Below are positions 45,728 to 56,929 of a DNA stretch of 64,000 nucleotides, one piece after another. Within the stretch, counting starts at the first letter, position 1. Every line of letters begins with the position of its first letter. Source of the stretch: Escherichia coli. GTDB taxonomy: Bacteria > Pseudomonadota > Gammaproteobacteria > Enterobacterales > Enterobacteriaceae. Under the pieces are notes generated by a model, which saw nothing but the letters and a program-made list of their open reading frames with translations, was not told the DNA's origin and did no database searches. The translations under genes were made by a program, and so were the position numbers. The DNA is taken from assembly GCF_030384885.1 (NCBI RefSeq), contig NZ_CP128613.1; one strand, written 5' to 3'.

Positions 45728-46320
45728 AACACCTTCGCGAAATAGTCCGGGATGGTGGTTTTATCTTTCACCAGAATGCTGGTAATGCCTAGCTGATTAG
45801 CTCCTTCTATATTATCGGCGTTATCGTCGAAAAAGACCGTATCGCTGGGTGAAAAACCTTCCGCCTGCAAAACATGCTGGTAAATTCGTGCTTCAGGTTT
45901 GCGCATCCCCAGATCTTGTGACAGATAGATATGGTCAGCAGCATCACGAATTTCCGGGTATTCCTCCGGCCAGAAGGTGGTATGCAGGCGGTTGGTATTG
46001 GAAAGCACCACCACACGATGACCCTGCTCACGCAGTTTATGCATGATGGCGATCACTTCCGGGCGCAGCGCGACAAACACCGCCTGCCAGCCGTGGGAAA
46101 ACTGCTCATAGCTTAGCGGTAGAGCCATCTCATGACACAGCGCCTCTGCGAACGCTTCGTCGCTAATTTCCCCACGCTCATGCTGATGAAACGGCTCGCC
46201 CATGTGGAAACTCTTCTTAAGCGTAGCCAGGGGAACACGCGTTAAATCGCTCCAGGCTCCCAGCACACGGTTAAAGTCGATATCGACAATCACATTACCT
46301 AAATCAAAGATATAGAGCAT
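45721..46320 (-). CDS. yihX: alpha-D-glucose-1-phosphate phosphatase (HAD family)
   Basis: ORF 45721-46341; start at [16 protein letters not shown] (199 aa); HAD motif DxGxV. Confidence 0.9.
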
Positions 46321-46418
46321 TTTTGCCTCCTTTCGCGCCACAAGAAATTAACTGTAGCGGGAAAGGATGGGTTTGGCTATGTGGTCAGGTATGAAGCAAG
46401 GTCAACGGTCACAAAATT

Positions 46419-47204
46419 CTACGCGTCTTCCTGGGGAAGGATGATTTCAATTTGGCTGTCTTGTAAGCGTGATTTTAGCGCAGCGGGCGGCAGCTCGTCG
46501 GTAAAGAGCGCAGTGACCTGTGCCACGTTACCAATTTCAACCGCCGCCGAAGTATGATACTTAGTGTGATCGGCGACCAGCAGAATATTTCTCGCGTGCG
46601 CCATCATCGTTTTCACCACGTTAGCTTCGTTTACATCAAACTCCATCAACGCGCCATCGCTCTCAATCGCCCCAACGCTTGTTACCAGATAATCAGCCCG
46701 AAAATCGGCCACAAAGGAAGCCGCTGAAGGGCCAATGATCCCGCTATTATGAGAGCGCAACGTACCGCCGGGCACCATCACTTCAAAGCGCGGGTTGTGG
46801 TACAGAATATGCGCCACACGCAGGCTGTTCGTGATTATCCGCAAATGATTATGGTTAAGTAACGCCCGGGCGACATGTTCGACAGTCGTACCGATGGTGA
46901 TAAATATTGTCGATCCATCAGGAATATAGTCTGCCACCGCTTCGGCAATCGCTTTTTTCTCTTCAGTTTGCGAAACCTCACGCTGTTCGAACGCCGTATT
47001 AACGACGCTGGAGGCCCGACCCGCGCCACCGTGATGGCGCGTGATCAGCCCTTGCTCGCTTAATTTACGAATATCCCGGCGGACCGTCTGCGTGGAAACA
47101 TCCAGCAGATTTGCCAGCTCATCAATATTCATATACCCACGCTCGGCGATCAGCATGAGGAGTTGGTCGTGCCGCGGGTTACCGGTCAGTTCGGTAAGGC
47201 TCAT
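46419..47204 (-). CDS. yihW: DeoR-family repressor of the sulfoquinovose cluster
   Basis: ORF 46419-47228; start at MSLTELTGNPRHDQ (261 aa). Confidence 0.9.
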   Translation of the reverse strand: MSLTELTGNPRHDQLLMLIAERGYMNIDELANLLDVSTQTVRRDIRKLSEQGLITRHHGGAGRASSVVNTAFEQREVSQTEEKKAIAEAVADYIPDGSTIFITIGTTVEHVARALLNHNHLRIITNSLRVAHILYHNPRFEVMVPGGTLRSHNSGIIGPSAASFVADFRADYLVTSVGAIESDGALMEFDVNEANVVKTMMAHARNILLVADHTKYHTSAAVEIGNVAQVTALFTDELPPAALKSRLQDSQIEIILPQEDA

Positions 47205-47237
47205 GAAAATTCCTCGAAAAACCATCACCCTGGCATT

Positions 47238-48134
47238 TTATACAAAAAGTGACAAAAAAGATCGGGTTTGATCACAGTCAGGGATCCCGGCACGCCCACC
47301 GGGACGCGTGCATTTTAACGCCGCCACACCGCTGGCAAAGCGGACGGAATCCGCTAAATCTCCACCTGTTGCCAGCGCCACCGCCAATGCGCCGTGAAAA
47401 ACATCGCCCGCACCGGTAGTATCTACCACATCAACTTTGAAAGCTGGCTGATGCTGCCGCCCGCCATTCTCCAGCCAGTCACAGCCTGCACTGCCCTGAG
47501 TAACATAGACATGTCCATTTGTGAGCGTTTGTGCCTGTTTTAGGGCACTCGCCATCTCTTTCACGCCCGTTAGCCGCGCCAGACCCGGTTCTGAAAAAGC
47601 AGCATGATCGCTTAACGCCACCAGCTCACTGATATCCTGCGGCGTAATATCACCGTCCAGCACGGTCATCACGCCCACCTGCCGCGCCAGAGTGAAGGCT
47701 TTTTTTGCGCCGTCGTGCCAGCGTACATCTGCCAGCACCACGTCCCACTGAGAGAAATCAATTTCCTCCAACCACTCTGCGTCAGGCAGCAGGTCCGGGC
47801 TGGGATAGTTAATGATGATTCGCTCGCCTTTGGCATCCACCATGATGGCGGATTGCGAAGATTTCGCCTGGTTATACCGCTTGGTGTAACGGGTGTTAAC
47901 GCCCCAGGATTCCAGCTCTGCCAGCAGGCTGTTTCCCGTGTCGTCGTCACCGACGCGACCAATAAAATCGACCTGCGCACCCAGTCTGGCCGCCGCAACT
48001 GCTGCTGTAGCCGCTGGCCCGCCGCCAACTTCCGTATAATTTTTCGCCACGTATTTACCGATCTCCGTCGGCAACCCTTCCACGTAATAGATGCGATCCA
48101 TCACGGTAATTCCTACACAAGCAACACGAATCAT
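47238..48134 (-). CDS. yihV: 6-deoxy-6-sulfofructose kinase
   Basis: ORF 47238-48140; start at MIRVACVGITVMD (298 aa); ribokinase-family motifs. Confidence 0.9.
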   Translation of the reverse strand: MIRVACVGITVMDRIYYVEGLPTEIGKYVAKNYTEVGGGPAATAAVAAARLGAQVDFIGRVGDDDTGNSLLAELESWGVNTRYTKRYNQAKSSQSAIMVDAKGERIIINYPSPDLLPDAEWLEEIDFSQWDVVLADVRWHDGAKKAFTLARQVGVMTVLDGDITPQDISELVALSDHAAFSEPGLARLTGVKEMASALKQAQTLTNGHVYVTQGSAGCDWLENGGRQHQPAFKVDVVDTTGAGDVFHGALAVALATGGDLADSVRFASGVAALKCTRPGGRAGIPDCDQTRSFLSLFV

Positions 48135-48301
48135 GGTCATTCCTTAAGCATTTTGGGATGCGTTCATTTTAATTTCACCAATTGTTTAAAAAGTGACGGC
48201 TGTCAATTTTTTGACGATAAATTACAAATACGATCAAAAACAGACAAGCAAGGCATGTCATAAATGACAAAAAGTGACATCACTGTATTCAGGAGAGGGT
48301 T

Positions 48302-49198
48302 ATGGCAGCAATCGCGTTTATCGGTTTAGGACAAATGGGTTCGCCAATGGCGAGCAATTTATTGCAGCAAGGGCATCAACTTTGCGTCTTCGATGTGAAT
48401 GCCGAAGCCGTACAGCATCTGGTAGACAAAGGGGCGACTCCCGCTGCTAACCCAGCGCAGGCCGCTAAAGATGCCGAATTTATCATTACCATGTTGCCGA
48501 ATGGCGATCTGGTGCGCAGCGTGTTGTTCGGTGAAAACGGCATTTGCGAAAGCTTATCTACCGATGCGCTGGTCATTGATATGTCGACCATCCATCCGCT
48601 GCAAACCGATAAATTGATTGCCGATATGCAAGCCAAAGGCTTCAGCATGATGGATGTTCCGGTAGGCCGTACTTCTGCAAATGCCATTACCGGTACTCTG
48701 TTACTGCTGGCTGGCGGCACCGCTGAACAAGTTGAACGCGCCACGCCGATCCTGATGGCGATGGGCAGCGAGTTGATCAACGCGGGCGGTCCGGGCATGG
48801 GGATCCGCGTTAAGCTTATCAACAACTACATGAGCATCGCGCTCAATGCGCTGTCGGCAGAAGCCGCCGTTTTGTGCGAAGCCCTCAATCTTCCCTTCGA
48901 TGTTGCCGTCAAGGTAATGAGCGGTACTGCCGCCGGTAAAGGCCACTTCACCACTTCCTGGCCGAACAAAGTCCTCAGTGGAGATCTTTCTCCCGCCTTC
49001 ATGATCGATCTTGCCCATAAGGATCTTGGCATCGCCCTCGATGTCGCCAACCAGTTGCATGTGCCGATGCCGCTGGGGGCCGCCTCACGGGAGGTTTATA
49101 GCCAGGCGCGCGCAGCGGGTCGAGGTCGCCAGGACTGGTCCGCCATTCTGGAGCAGGTCCGTGTCAGTGCCGGGATGACTGCCAAAGTAAAAATGTAA
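48302..49198 (+). CDS. yihU: 3-sulfolactaldehyde reductase
   Basis: 298-aa ORF; NAD-binding GLGQMG. Confidence 0.92.
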   Translation: MAAIAFIGLGQMGSPMASNLLQQGHQLCVFDVNAEAVQHLVDKGATPAANPAQAAKDAEFIITMLPNGDLVRSVLFGENGICESLSTDALVIDMSTIHPLQTDKLIADMQAKGFSMMDVPVGRTSANAITGTLLLLAGGTAEQVERATPILMAMGSELINAGGPGMGIRVKLINNYMSIALNALSAEAAVLCEALNLPFDVAVKVMSGTAAGKGHFTTSWPNKVLSGDLSPAFMIDLAHKDLGIALDVANQLHVPMPLGAASREVYSQARAAGRGRQDWSAILEQVRVSAGMTAKVKM

Positions 49199-49221
49199 CG
49201 ACTGGATAAAGGAATAAATGA

Positions 49222-50100
49222 ATGAATAAGTACACCATCAACGACATTACGCGCGCATCGGGCGGTTTTGCCATGCTGGCAGTCGATCAGCGCGAAGCCA
49301 TGCGCATGATGTTTGCCGCGGCTGGCGCACCCGCTCCAGTAGCCGATAGCGTTTTAACTGATTTCAAAGTTAACGCCGCGAAGGCCCTTTCACCTTATGC
49401 ATCGGCGATTCTGGTAGATCAACAATTCTGCTACCGCCAGGTGGTTGAGCAAAACGCGATTGCCAAAAGTTGCGCCATGATTGTCGCCGCCGATGAGTTC
49501 ATCCCTGGCAACGGTATTCCGGTAGATAGCGTAGTCATTGACCGCAAAATCAACCCGCTACAAATCAAACAAGACGGCGGTAAAGCCTTGAAACTACTGG
49601 TGCTGTGGCGTAGCGATGAAGATGCGCAGCAACGCCTGGATATGGTGAAAGAGTTCAACGAACTGTGCCATTCAAACGGTCTGGTGAGCATCATTGAGCC
49701 GGTTGTTCGCCCGCCGCGTCGTGGCGATAAATTCGATCGCGAACAAGCGATCATCGATGCCGCCAAAGAACTGGGCGACAGTGGCGCTGACCTCTACAAA
49801 GTTGAAATGCCGCTTTACGGAAAAGGTCCGCAACAAGAGCTTCTCAGTGCTTCACAACGTCTGAATGACCATATCAATATGCCGTGGGTGATCCTCTCTT
49901 CCGGCGTCGACGAAAAACTGTTCCCGCGTGCCGTGCGCGTGGCGATGACGGCGGGCGCATCGGGCTTCCTGGCCGGTCGGGCCGTCTGGGCATCGGTCGT
50001 CGGTTTACCAGACAACGAACTGATGCTGCGTGACGTTTGCGCACCGAAATTACAACAACTTGGCGATATCGTCGACGAAATGATGGCTAAACGCCGTTAA
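49222..50100 (+). CDS. yihT: sulfofructose-phosphate aldolase
   Basis: 292-aa ORF; synteny. Confidence 0.92.
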   Translation: MNKYTINDITRASGGFAMLAVDQREAMRMMFAAAGAPAPVADSVLTDFKVNAAKALSPYASAILVDQQFCYRQVVEQNAIAKSCAMIVAADEFIPGNGIPVDSVVIDRKINPLQIKQDGGKALKLLVLWRSDEDAQQRLDMVKEFNELCHSNGLVSIIEPVVRPPRRGDKFDREQAIIDAAKELGDSGADLYKVEMPLYGKGPQQELLSASQRLNDHINMPWVILSSGVDEKLFPRAVRVAMTAGASGFLAGRAVWASVVGLPDNELMLRDVCAPKLQQLGDIVDEMMAKRR

Positions 50101-50115
50101 CATGAGGATACAAAA

Positions 50116-51357
50116 ATGAAATGGTTTAACACCTTAAGTCACAACCGTTGGCTGGAACAGGAAACCGATCGCATCTTTGATTTTGGTAAAAATTCCGTAG
50201 TACCGACTGGCTTTGGCTGGTTAGGCAATAAAGGGCAAATCAAAGAAGAGATGGGCACCCATCTGTGGATCACCGCCCGTATGTTGCACGTGTATTCCGT
50301 TGCTGCGGCGATGGGTCGACCTGGCGCTTACTCGTTGGTTGATCATGGTATCAAAGCCATGAACGGCGCACTGCGCGATAAAAAATATGGCGGCTGGTAT
50401 GCCTGTGTCAATGACGAGGGCGTGGTGGATGCCTCCAAACAGGGCTATCAACATTTCTTTGCCCTGCTGGGTGCCGCCAGTGCCGTCACAACGGGTCACC
50501 CGGAAGCGCGTAAGCTGCTCGATTACACCATTGAAATTATCGAGAAATACTTCTGGAGCGAAGAAGAGCAGATGTGCCTGGAATCCTGGGACGAAGCCTT
50601 CAGCAAAACCGAAGAGTACCGCGGCGGCAATGCCAATATGCACGCGGTGGAAGCTTTCTTGATTGTTTATGACGTAACGCATGACAAAAAATGGCTGGAT
50701 CGCGCGATTCGCGTGGCTTCCGTCATTATCCACGACGTCGCCAGAAATAATCATTATCGCGTTAACGAGCACTTCGATACCCAGTGGAATCCGCTGCCGG
50801 ATTACAACAAAGATAACCCGGCGCACCGCTTCCGCGCATTCGGAGGCACGCCGGGCCACTGGATCGAATGGGGCCGTTTAATGCTGCATATCCACGCTGC
50901 CCTGGAAGCCCGTTGCGAACAGCCTCCGGCCTGGTTGCTAGAAGATGCCAAAGGTCTGTTCAACGCTACCGTGCGCGATGCCTGGGCGCCCGATGGTGCC
51001 GACGGGATTGTTTATACCGTTGACTGGGAAGGCAAACCGGTGGTCCGCGAACGTGTGCGTTGGCCTATCGTCGAAGCGATGGGTACAGCTTATGCGCTCT
51101 ACACCGTTACCGGCGATCGCCAGTACGAAACCTGGTATCAGACATGGTGGGACTACTGCATTAAGTACCTGATGGACTATGAAAATGGTTCCTGGTGGCA
51201 GGAGCTGGATGCGGACAATAAGGTCACCACCAAAGTCTGGGACGGTAAACAGGATATTTATCACCTGCTGCATTGCCTGGTGATCCCGCGTATCCCGTTA
51301 GCGCCAGGCCTGGCTCCGGCAGTTGCGGCGGGTCTGCTGGACGTGAATGCCAAATAA
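50116..51357 (+). CDS. yihS: sulfoquinovose isomerase
   Basis: 413-aa ORF; synteny. Confidence 0.92.
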   Translation: MKWFNTLSHNRWLEQETDRIFDFGKNSVVPTGFGWLGNKGQIKEEMGTHLWITARMLHVYSVAAAMGRPGAYSLVDHGIKAMNGALRDKKYGGWYACVNDEGVVDASKQGYQHFFALLGAASAVTTGHPEARKLLDYTIEIIEKYFWSEEEQMCLESWDEAFSKTEEYRGGNANMHAVEAFLIVYDVTHDKKWLDRAIRVASVIIHDVARNNHYRVNEHFDTQWNPLPDYNKDNPAHRFRAFGGTPGHWIEWGRLMLHIHAALEARCEQPPAWLLEDAKGLFNATVRDAWAPDGADGIVYTVDWEGKPVVRERVRWPIVEAMGTAYALYTVTGDRQYETWYQTWWDYCIKYLMDYENGSWWQELDADNKVTTKVWDGKQDIYHLLHCLVIPRIPLAPGLAPAVAAGLLDVNAK

Positions 51358-51475
51358 CTGACTGAAAACCCTAACCCTCTCCCCAAAGGGGAGAGGGGAC
51401 CGCCCGGCGCAGTTTTTTGGTTTGACATCAGCCTCATGGGAGGCTGTATGCCGTTTTTTAATTAAGGTGCCTCGT

Positions 51476-52378
51476 ATGCAAATCACCAACATGCATTGCA
51501 GTGGACAAACCGTTTCACTTGCCGCGGGGGATTATCACGCGACTATCGTGACGGTTGGTGCTGGTCTGGCTGAATTAACTTTTCAGGGTTGTCATTTAGT
51601 CATCCCGCACAAACCCGAAGAGATGCCGCTGGCGCATCTGGGTAAAGTGCTTATTCCGTGGCCGAACCGGATCGCCAACGGCTGTTACCGCTATCGGGGA
51701 CAGGAATATCAGTTACCCATTAATGAACATAGTTCAAAAGCCGCTATTCACGGGCTGCTTGCCTGGCGAGACTGGCAAATTAGCGAATTAACCGCCACCA
51801 GCGTTACCCTGACAGCTTTTCTACCGCCCAGTTACGGCTATCCGTTTATGCTGGCTTCGCAGGTTGTTTATTCGCTCAATGCTCGCACGGGCCTTTCCGT
51901 TGAGATCGCAAGCCAGAATATTGGTACTGTGACCGCACCTTATGGTGTGGGTATTCATCCTTATTTAACCTGCAACTTAACATCTGTTGATGACTATCTT
52001 TTCCAGCTTCCGGCAGAACAGGTTTATGCCGTCGATGAGCACGCAAATCCGACAACGCTTCACCACGTTGATGAGCTGAATTTAAATTTCACGCGGGCGA
52101 CAAAAATAGCCGCGACAAAAATAGACCATACCTTTAAAACCGCTAATGATCTGTGGGAAATGACCATTACCCATCCACAGCAGGCACTTTCGGTGAGTCT
52201 TTGTTCCGATCAACCCTGGGTGCAGGTTTATAGCGGCGAAAAATTACAGCGTCAGGGACTGGCAATTGAACCTATGAGTTGCCCGCCTAACGCCTTTAAT
52301 TCCGGCACCGATTTATTATTACTGGAACCAGGAAAAACGCATCGCCTGTTTTTTAATATTCACGGGCAGCACAATTAA
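51476..52378 (+). CDS. yihR: aldose-1-epimerase family protein
   Basis: ORF 51422-52378; start placed at the ATG (MQITNMHCSG) preceded by aagg; the true start could be up to 18 codons upstream. Confidence 0.85.
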   Translation: MQITNMHCSGQTVSLAAGDYHATIVTVGAGLAELTFQGCHLVIPHKPEEMPLAHLGKVLIPWPNRIANGCYRYRGQEYQLPINEHSSKAAIHGLLAWRDWQISELTATSVTLTAFLPPSYGYPFMLASQVVYSLNARTGLSVEIASQNIGTVTAPYGVGIHPYLTCNLTSVDDYLFQLPAEQVYAVDEHANPTTLHHVDELNLNFTRATKIAATKIDHTFKTANDLWEMTITHPQQALSVSLCSDQPWVQVYSGEKLQRQGLAIEPMSCPPNAFNSGTDLLLLEPGKTHRLFFNIHGQHN

Positions 52379-52438
52379 TTTCATTAAGAAAAAAACGAGA
52401 TCATTGTTTAGGGTTGTATTTACACAACAGGAAATATT

Positions 52439-53314
52439 ATGGACTTTTTTACGTTATTTTCGCCAGATGGGGCCATGCTGGAAACAAACGTGGTATGTAT
52501 CGTTATCGCGTTGATGTTTCTTTATACCTTTGTGGGGATATGCGCGGGATTTGGTGGCGGTTTAACCACCATGCCACTCGTCACGTTAATGCTCCCCGTA
52601 AAAATGGCAACACCACTTTCGGTAATTGTCGGCACCGCAACCGCCTTGTACGCCACCTGGCTATCACGCAAAGAAACGGATTGGCGCTCGGCAATGGTGC
52701 TGATTATTTTCTCATTTTTGGGAATACCCGTCGGTTTATATGCGCTGTCATATTTACCCGACCATTTTATGAAAGTGGGCTTAGGTGGATTTCTTATCCT
52801 CTACTCCTTTTACAGCATGTTTATTCCTCGCCTGCCGATTTATGACCGTAACTGGATCGCCGCACCTATCGGCGCAGTAGCTGGCGCATTAGGCGCGGCG
52901 TTCTCAACCAACGGGCCGCCGATGGTTATCTACGGGATGCTGCGTAACTTAGGTCCGGCGGCATTTCGCGGCACACTGAACGCCTTCTTCACCGCAAACA
53001 ACATCGCGGTGATCGGCGGGCTGGCGACCAGCGGAATTTTGACTGTTTCTATCTTTAAACTGGTGCTGTTTTGTATTCCCACCATGATCCTCGGTTCACT
53101 GATTGGACAATATGTGCATAAACGCATTTCGGTCAAAGTGTTTCGTGTGATGGTCTTTTTATTGTTGATTGCCTCCGGTTCTATGTTGATAAAAGGTGCG
53201 TTGGGAATTCCCGCCGCTGCCGCACTTCTGCCTCCGTTTACCTTGTTAGTTATACTGCAACTGGCATTTGGTAAAAAAGTGGCGGCAATCCGCCGAGCTG
53301 AAGAAAGTAAATAA
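52439..53314 (+). CDS. TauE/SafE (TSUP) family membrane transporter, possible sulfite/sulfonate exporter
   Basis: 291-aa polytopic membrane ORF with RBS agga; Gly-rich helices typical of DUF81/TauE; embedded in the sulfoquinovose cluster. Confidence 0.7.
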   Translation: MDFFTLFSPDGAMLETNVVCIVIALMFLYTFVGICAGFGGGLTTMPLVTLMLPVKMATPLSVIVGTATALYATWLSRKETDWRSAMVLIIFSFLGIPVGLYALSYLPDHFMKVGLGGFLILYSFYSMFIPRLPIYDRNWIAAPIGAVAGALGAAFSTNGPPMVIYGMLRNLGPAAFRGTLNAFFTANNIAVIGGLATSGILTVSIFKLVLFCIPTMILGSLIGQYVHKRISVKVFRVMVFLLLIASGSMLIKGALGIPAAAALLPPFTLLVILQLAFGKKVAAIRRAEESK

Positions 53315-53421
53315 TCACTTGCGCGGGTTTTAATTTATACCCGCACACATTCTTTGATTAATGAAACCTGTAATAACAGGATGGCATGAAATATTAGTTT
53401 TATACTCTATGGAGATTATTT

Positions 53422-55458
53422 ATGGATACGCCACGCCCACAGTTATTAGATTTTCAATTTCATCAGAATAACGACAGTTTTACTCTACGTTTTCAAGACC
53501 GTCTTATTTTAATCCATAGCAAAGATAATCCTTGCTTATCGATTGGCTCAGGTATAGCGGATATCGATATGTTCCGCGGTAATTTCAGCATTAAAGATAA
53601 ATTGCAGGAGAAGATTGCGCTGACCGACGCCATCGTCAGCCAGTCACCGGATGGCTGGTTAATCCATTTCTGCCGTGGTTCTGACATTAGCGCCACGCTG
53701 CATATCTCTACTGACGAACAAGGCCGTTTAGTGCTGAAACTGCAAAACGATGATCGTCACCATAACCGCATCTGGCTGCGTCTCGCCGCACAGCCGGAGG
53801 ACCATATCTACGGCTGCGGTGAACAGTTTTCCTATTTTGATCTACGCGGCAAACCGTTCCCACTGTGGACCAGCGAGCAGGGTGTTGGTCGCAACAAACA
53901 AAGCTATGTCACCTGGCAGGCCGACTGCAAAGAGAATGCGGGCGGTGATTACTACTGGACCTTTTTCCCGCAGCCAACCTTTGTCAGCACGCAGAAGTAT
54001 TACTGCCATGTTGATAACAGTTGCTATATGAACTTCGACTTTAGTGCCCCGGAATACCATGAACTGGCGCTGTGGGAAGACAAAGCAACGCTGCGTTTTG
54101 AATGTGCTGATACATACATCTCCCTGCTGGAAAAATTAACCGCACTGCTGGGACGCCAGCCAGAACTGCCCGACTGGATTTATGACGGAGTAACGCTCGG
54201 TATTCAGGGCGGGACGGAAGTGTGCCAGAAAAAACTGGACACCATGCGTAACGCGGGTGTGAAGGTTAACGGCATCTGGGCGCAGGACTGGTCCGGGATC
54301 CGTATGACCTCTTTTGGCAAACGTGTGATGTGGAACTGGAAGTGGAACAGTGAAAACTACCCACAGTTAGATTCCCGCATCAAGCAATGGAAAGAAGAAG
54401 GCGTGCAGTTCCTCGCCTACATCAACCCGTATGTTGCCAGCGATAAAGATCTCTGCGAAGAAGCGGCGCAACATGGCTATCTGGCAAAAGATGCCTCTGG
54501 CGGTGACTATCTGGTGGAATTTGGGGAGTTTTACGGCGGCGTTGTCGATCTCACTAATCCGGAAGCCTACGCCTGGTTCAAGGAAGTGATCAAAAAGAAC
54601 ATGATTGAACTCGGCTGCGGCGGCTGGATGGCTGACTTCGGCGAGTATCTGCCCACCGACACGTACCTGCATAACGGCGTTAGCGCCGAAATTATGCATA
54701 ACGCCTGGCCCGCACTGTGGGCGAAATGTAACTACGAAGCCCTTGAAGAAACGGGCAAGCTTGGCGAGATCCTTTTCTTTATGCGCGCCGGTTCTACCGG
54801 TAGCCAGAAATACTCCACCATGATGTGGGCGGGCGACCAGAACGTCGACTGGAGTCTCGACGATGGCCTGGCGTCGGTCGTCCCGGCAGCGCTGTCGCTG
54901 GCAATGACCGGACATGGTTTGCATCACAGTGACATTGGCGGTTATACCACCCTGTTTGAGATGAAGCGCAGCAAAGAGCTGCTGCTGCGCTGGTGTGATT
55001 TCAGCGCCTTCACGTCGATGATGCGCACCCACGAAGGCAACCGTCCGGGCGACAACTGGCAGTTTGACGGCGACGCGGAAACTATTGCCCATTTTGCCCG
55101 TATGACCACCGTCTTCACCACCCTGAAACCTTACCTGAAAGAGGCCGTCGCGCTGAATGCGAAGTCCGGCCTGCCGGTTATGCGCCCGCTGTTCCTGCAT
55201 TACGAAGACGATACACACACCTACACCCTGAAATATCAGTACCTGTTAGGCCGCGACATTCTGGTCGCTCCGGTGCATGAACAAGGCCGTAGCGACTGGA
55301 CGCTCTATCTGCCGGAGGATAACTGGGTCCACGCCTGGACAGGTGAAGCGTTCCGGGGCGGGGAAGTTACCGTTAATGCGCCCATCGGTAAACCGCCGGT
55401 CTTTTATCGCGCCGATAGCGAATGGGCGGCACTGTTCGCGTCGTTAAAAAGCATCTAA
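53422..55458 (+). CDS. yihQ: sulfoquinovosidase (GH31)
   Basis: 678-aa ORF; GH31-like sequence. Confidence 0.93.
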   Translation: MDTPRPQLLDFQFHQNNDSFTLRFQDRLILIHSKDNPCLSIGSGIADIDMFRGNFSIKDKLQEKIALTDAIVSQSPDGWLIHFCRGSDISATLHISTDEQGRLVLKLQNDDRHHNRIWLRLAAQPEDHIYGCGEQFSYFDLRGKPFPLWTSEQGVGRNKQSYVTWQADCKENAGGDYYWTFFPQPTFVSTQKYYCHVDNSCYMNFDFSAPEYHELALWEDKATLRFECADTYISLLEKLTALLGRQPELPDWIYDGVTLGIQGGTEVCQKKLDTMRNAGVKVNGIWAQDWSGIRMTSFGKRVMWNWKWNSENYPQLDSRIKQWKEEGVQFLAYINPYVASDKDLCEEAAQHGYLAKDASGGDYLVEFGEFYGGVVDLTNPEAYAWFKEVIKKNMIELGCGGWMADFGEYLPTDTYLHNGVSAEIMHNAWPALWAKCNYEALEETGKLGEILFFMRAGSTGSQKYSTMMWAGDQNVDWSLDDGLASVVPAALSLAMTGHGLHHSDIGGYTTLFEMKRSKELLLRWCDFSAFTSMMRTHEGNRPGDNWQFDGDAETIAHFARMTTVFTTLKPYLKEAVALNAKSGLPVMRPLFLHYEDDTHTYTLKYQYLLGRDILVAPVHEQGRSDWTLYLPEDNWVHAWTGEAFRGGEVTVNAPIGKPPVFYRADSEWAALFASLKSI

Positions 55459-55503
55459 TCACGTCCGCCCGTGGGGAAACTCACGGGCAAAGGGAGAACA
55501 ACG

Positions 55504-56889
55504 ATGAGTCACATCACAACGGAAGATCCGGCTACTTTACGTCTGCCCTTTAAAGAGAAACTCTCTTACGGTATCGGCGATCTGGCCTCTAACATCCTGC
55601 TGGATATCGGTACGCTTTATCTTTTGAAGTTTTATACCGACGTTCTGGGGCTGCCCGGCACCTATGGCGGTATTATCTTTTTGATCTCGAAATTCTTTAC
55701 CGCCTTTACCGATATGGGTACCGGCATCATGCTCGATTCCCGGCGTAAGATCGGTCCAAAAGGCAAATTCCGCCCTTTCATTTTGTACGCCTCATTCCCG
55801 GTCACTCTGCTGGCGATCGCCAACTTTGTCGGCACACCGTTTGATGTCACCGGTAAAACGGTGATGGCCACCATTCTGTTTATGCTTTACGGACTGTTTT
55901 TCAGCATGATGAACTGCTCCTACGGCGCAATGGTCCCCGCTATCACCAAAAACCCCAACGAACGCGCATCGCTGGCAGCATGGCGTCAGGGTGGCGCTAC
56001 ATTGGGCCTGCTGCTGTGTACGGTGGGATTCGTACCAGTTATGAATCTTATCGAAGGTAATCAGCAACTTGGCTATATCTTCGCCGCCACGCTATTTTCA
56101 CTGTTCGGCCTGCTGTTTATGTGGATCTGCTACTCGGGCGTGAAAGAGCGTTATGTCGAAACCCAACCTACCAATCCAGCGCAAAAGCCTGGCTTGTTGC
56201 AGTCTTTCCGCGCAATTGCGGGTAACCGCCCACTGTTCATTCTGTGTATTGCCAACCTCTGCACCTTAGGGGCGTTTAACGTCAAGCTCGCCATCCAGGT
56301 CTATTACACCCAGTACGTACTTAACGATCCCATCCTGTTGTCGTATATGGGATTTTTCAGCATGGGCTGTATTTTCATCGGCGTGTTCCTGATGCCTGGT
56401 GCAGTCAGACGTTTTGGTAAGAAGAAGGTCTATATCGGCGGCCTGCTGATTTGGGTGCTGGGCGATCTGCTCAACTATTTCTTCGGCGGCGGCTCGGTCA
56501 GTTTTGTGGCGTTCTCCTGCCTGGCATTCTTCGGCTCGGCGTTTGTTAACAGCCTGAACTGGGCACTGGTTTCCGACACCGTCGAGTACGGCGAGTGGCG
56601 CACCGGCGTTCGTTCGGAAGGTACGGTCTACACCGGCTTCACCTTCTTTCGCAAAGTATCTCAGGCGCTGGCAGGTTTCTTCCCAGGCTGGATGCTGACG
56701 CAAATCGGCTATGTGCCAAACGTGGCGCAGGCTGACCATACCATCGAAGGTTTACGCCAGCTGATCTTCATCTACCCAAGCGCACTGGCGGTAGTCACCA
56801 TTGTGGCGATGGGTTGCTTCTACAGTCTGAACGAGAAAATGTACGTCCGCATTGTTGAAGAAATAGAAGCCCGTAAACGCACGGCATAA
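55504..56889 (+). CDS. yihP: GPH-family sugar:cation symporter
   Basis: ORF 55471-56889; start at MSHITTEDPATL after RBS gggaga (461 aa). Confidence 0.9.
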   Translation: MSHITTEDPATLRLPFKEKLSYGIGDLASNILLDIGTLYLLKFYTDVLGLPGTYGGIIFLISKFFTAFTDMGTGIMLDSRRKIGPKGKFRPFILYASFPVTLLAIANFVGTPFDVTGKTVMATILFMLYGLFFSMMNCSYGAMVPAITKNPNERASLAAWRQGGATLGLLLCTVGFVPVMNLIEGNQQLGYIFAATLFSLFGLLFMWICYSGVKERYVETQPTNPAQKPGLLQSFRAIAGNRPLFILCIANLCTLGAFNVKLAIQVYYTQYVLNDPILLSYMGFFSMGCIFIGVFLMPGAVRRFGKKKVYIGGLLIWVLGDLLNYFFGGGSVSFVAFSCLAFFGSAFVNSLNWALVSDTVEYGEWRTGVRSEGTVYTGFTFFRKVSQALAGFFPGWMLTQIGYVPNVAQADHTIEGLRQLIFIYPSALAVVTIVAMGCFYSLNEKMYVRIVEEIEARKRTA

Positions 56890-56929
56890 ATAATAAACAA
56901 CGCCCTGCGGGGCGTTATAAGGAGTGATT

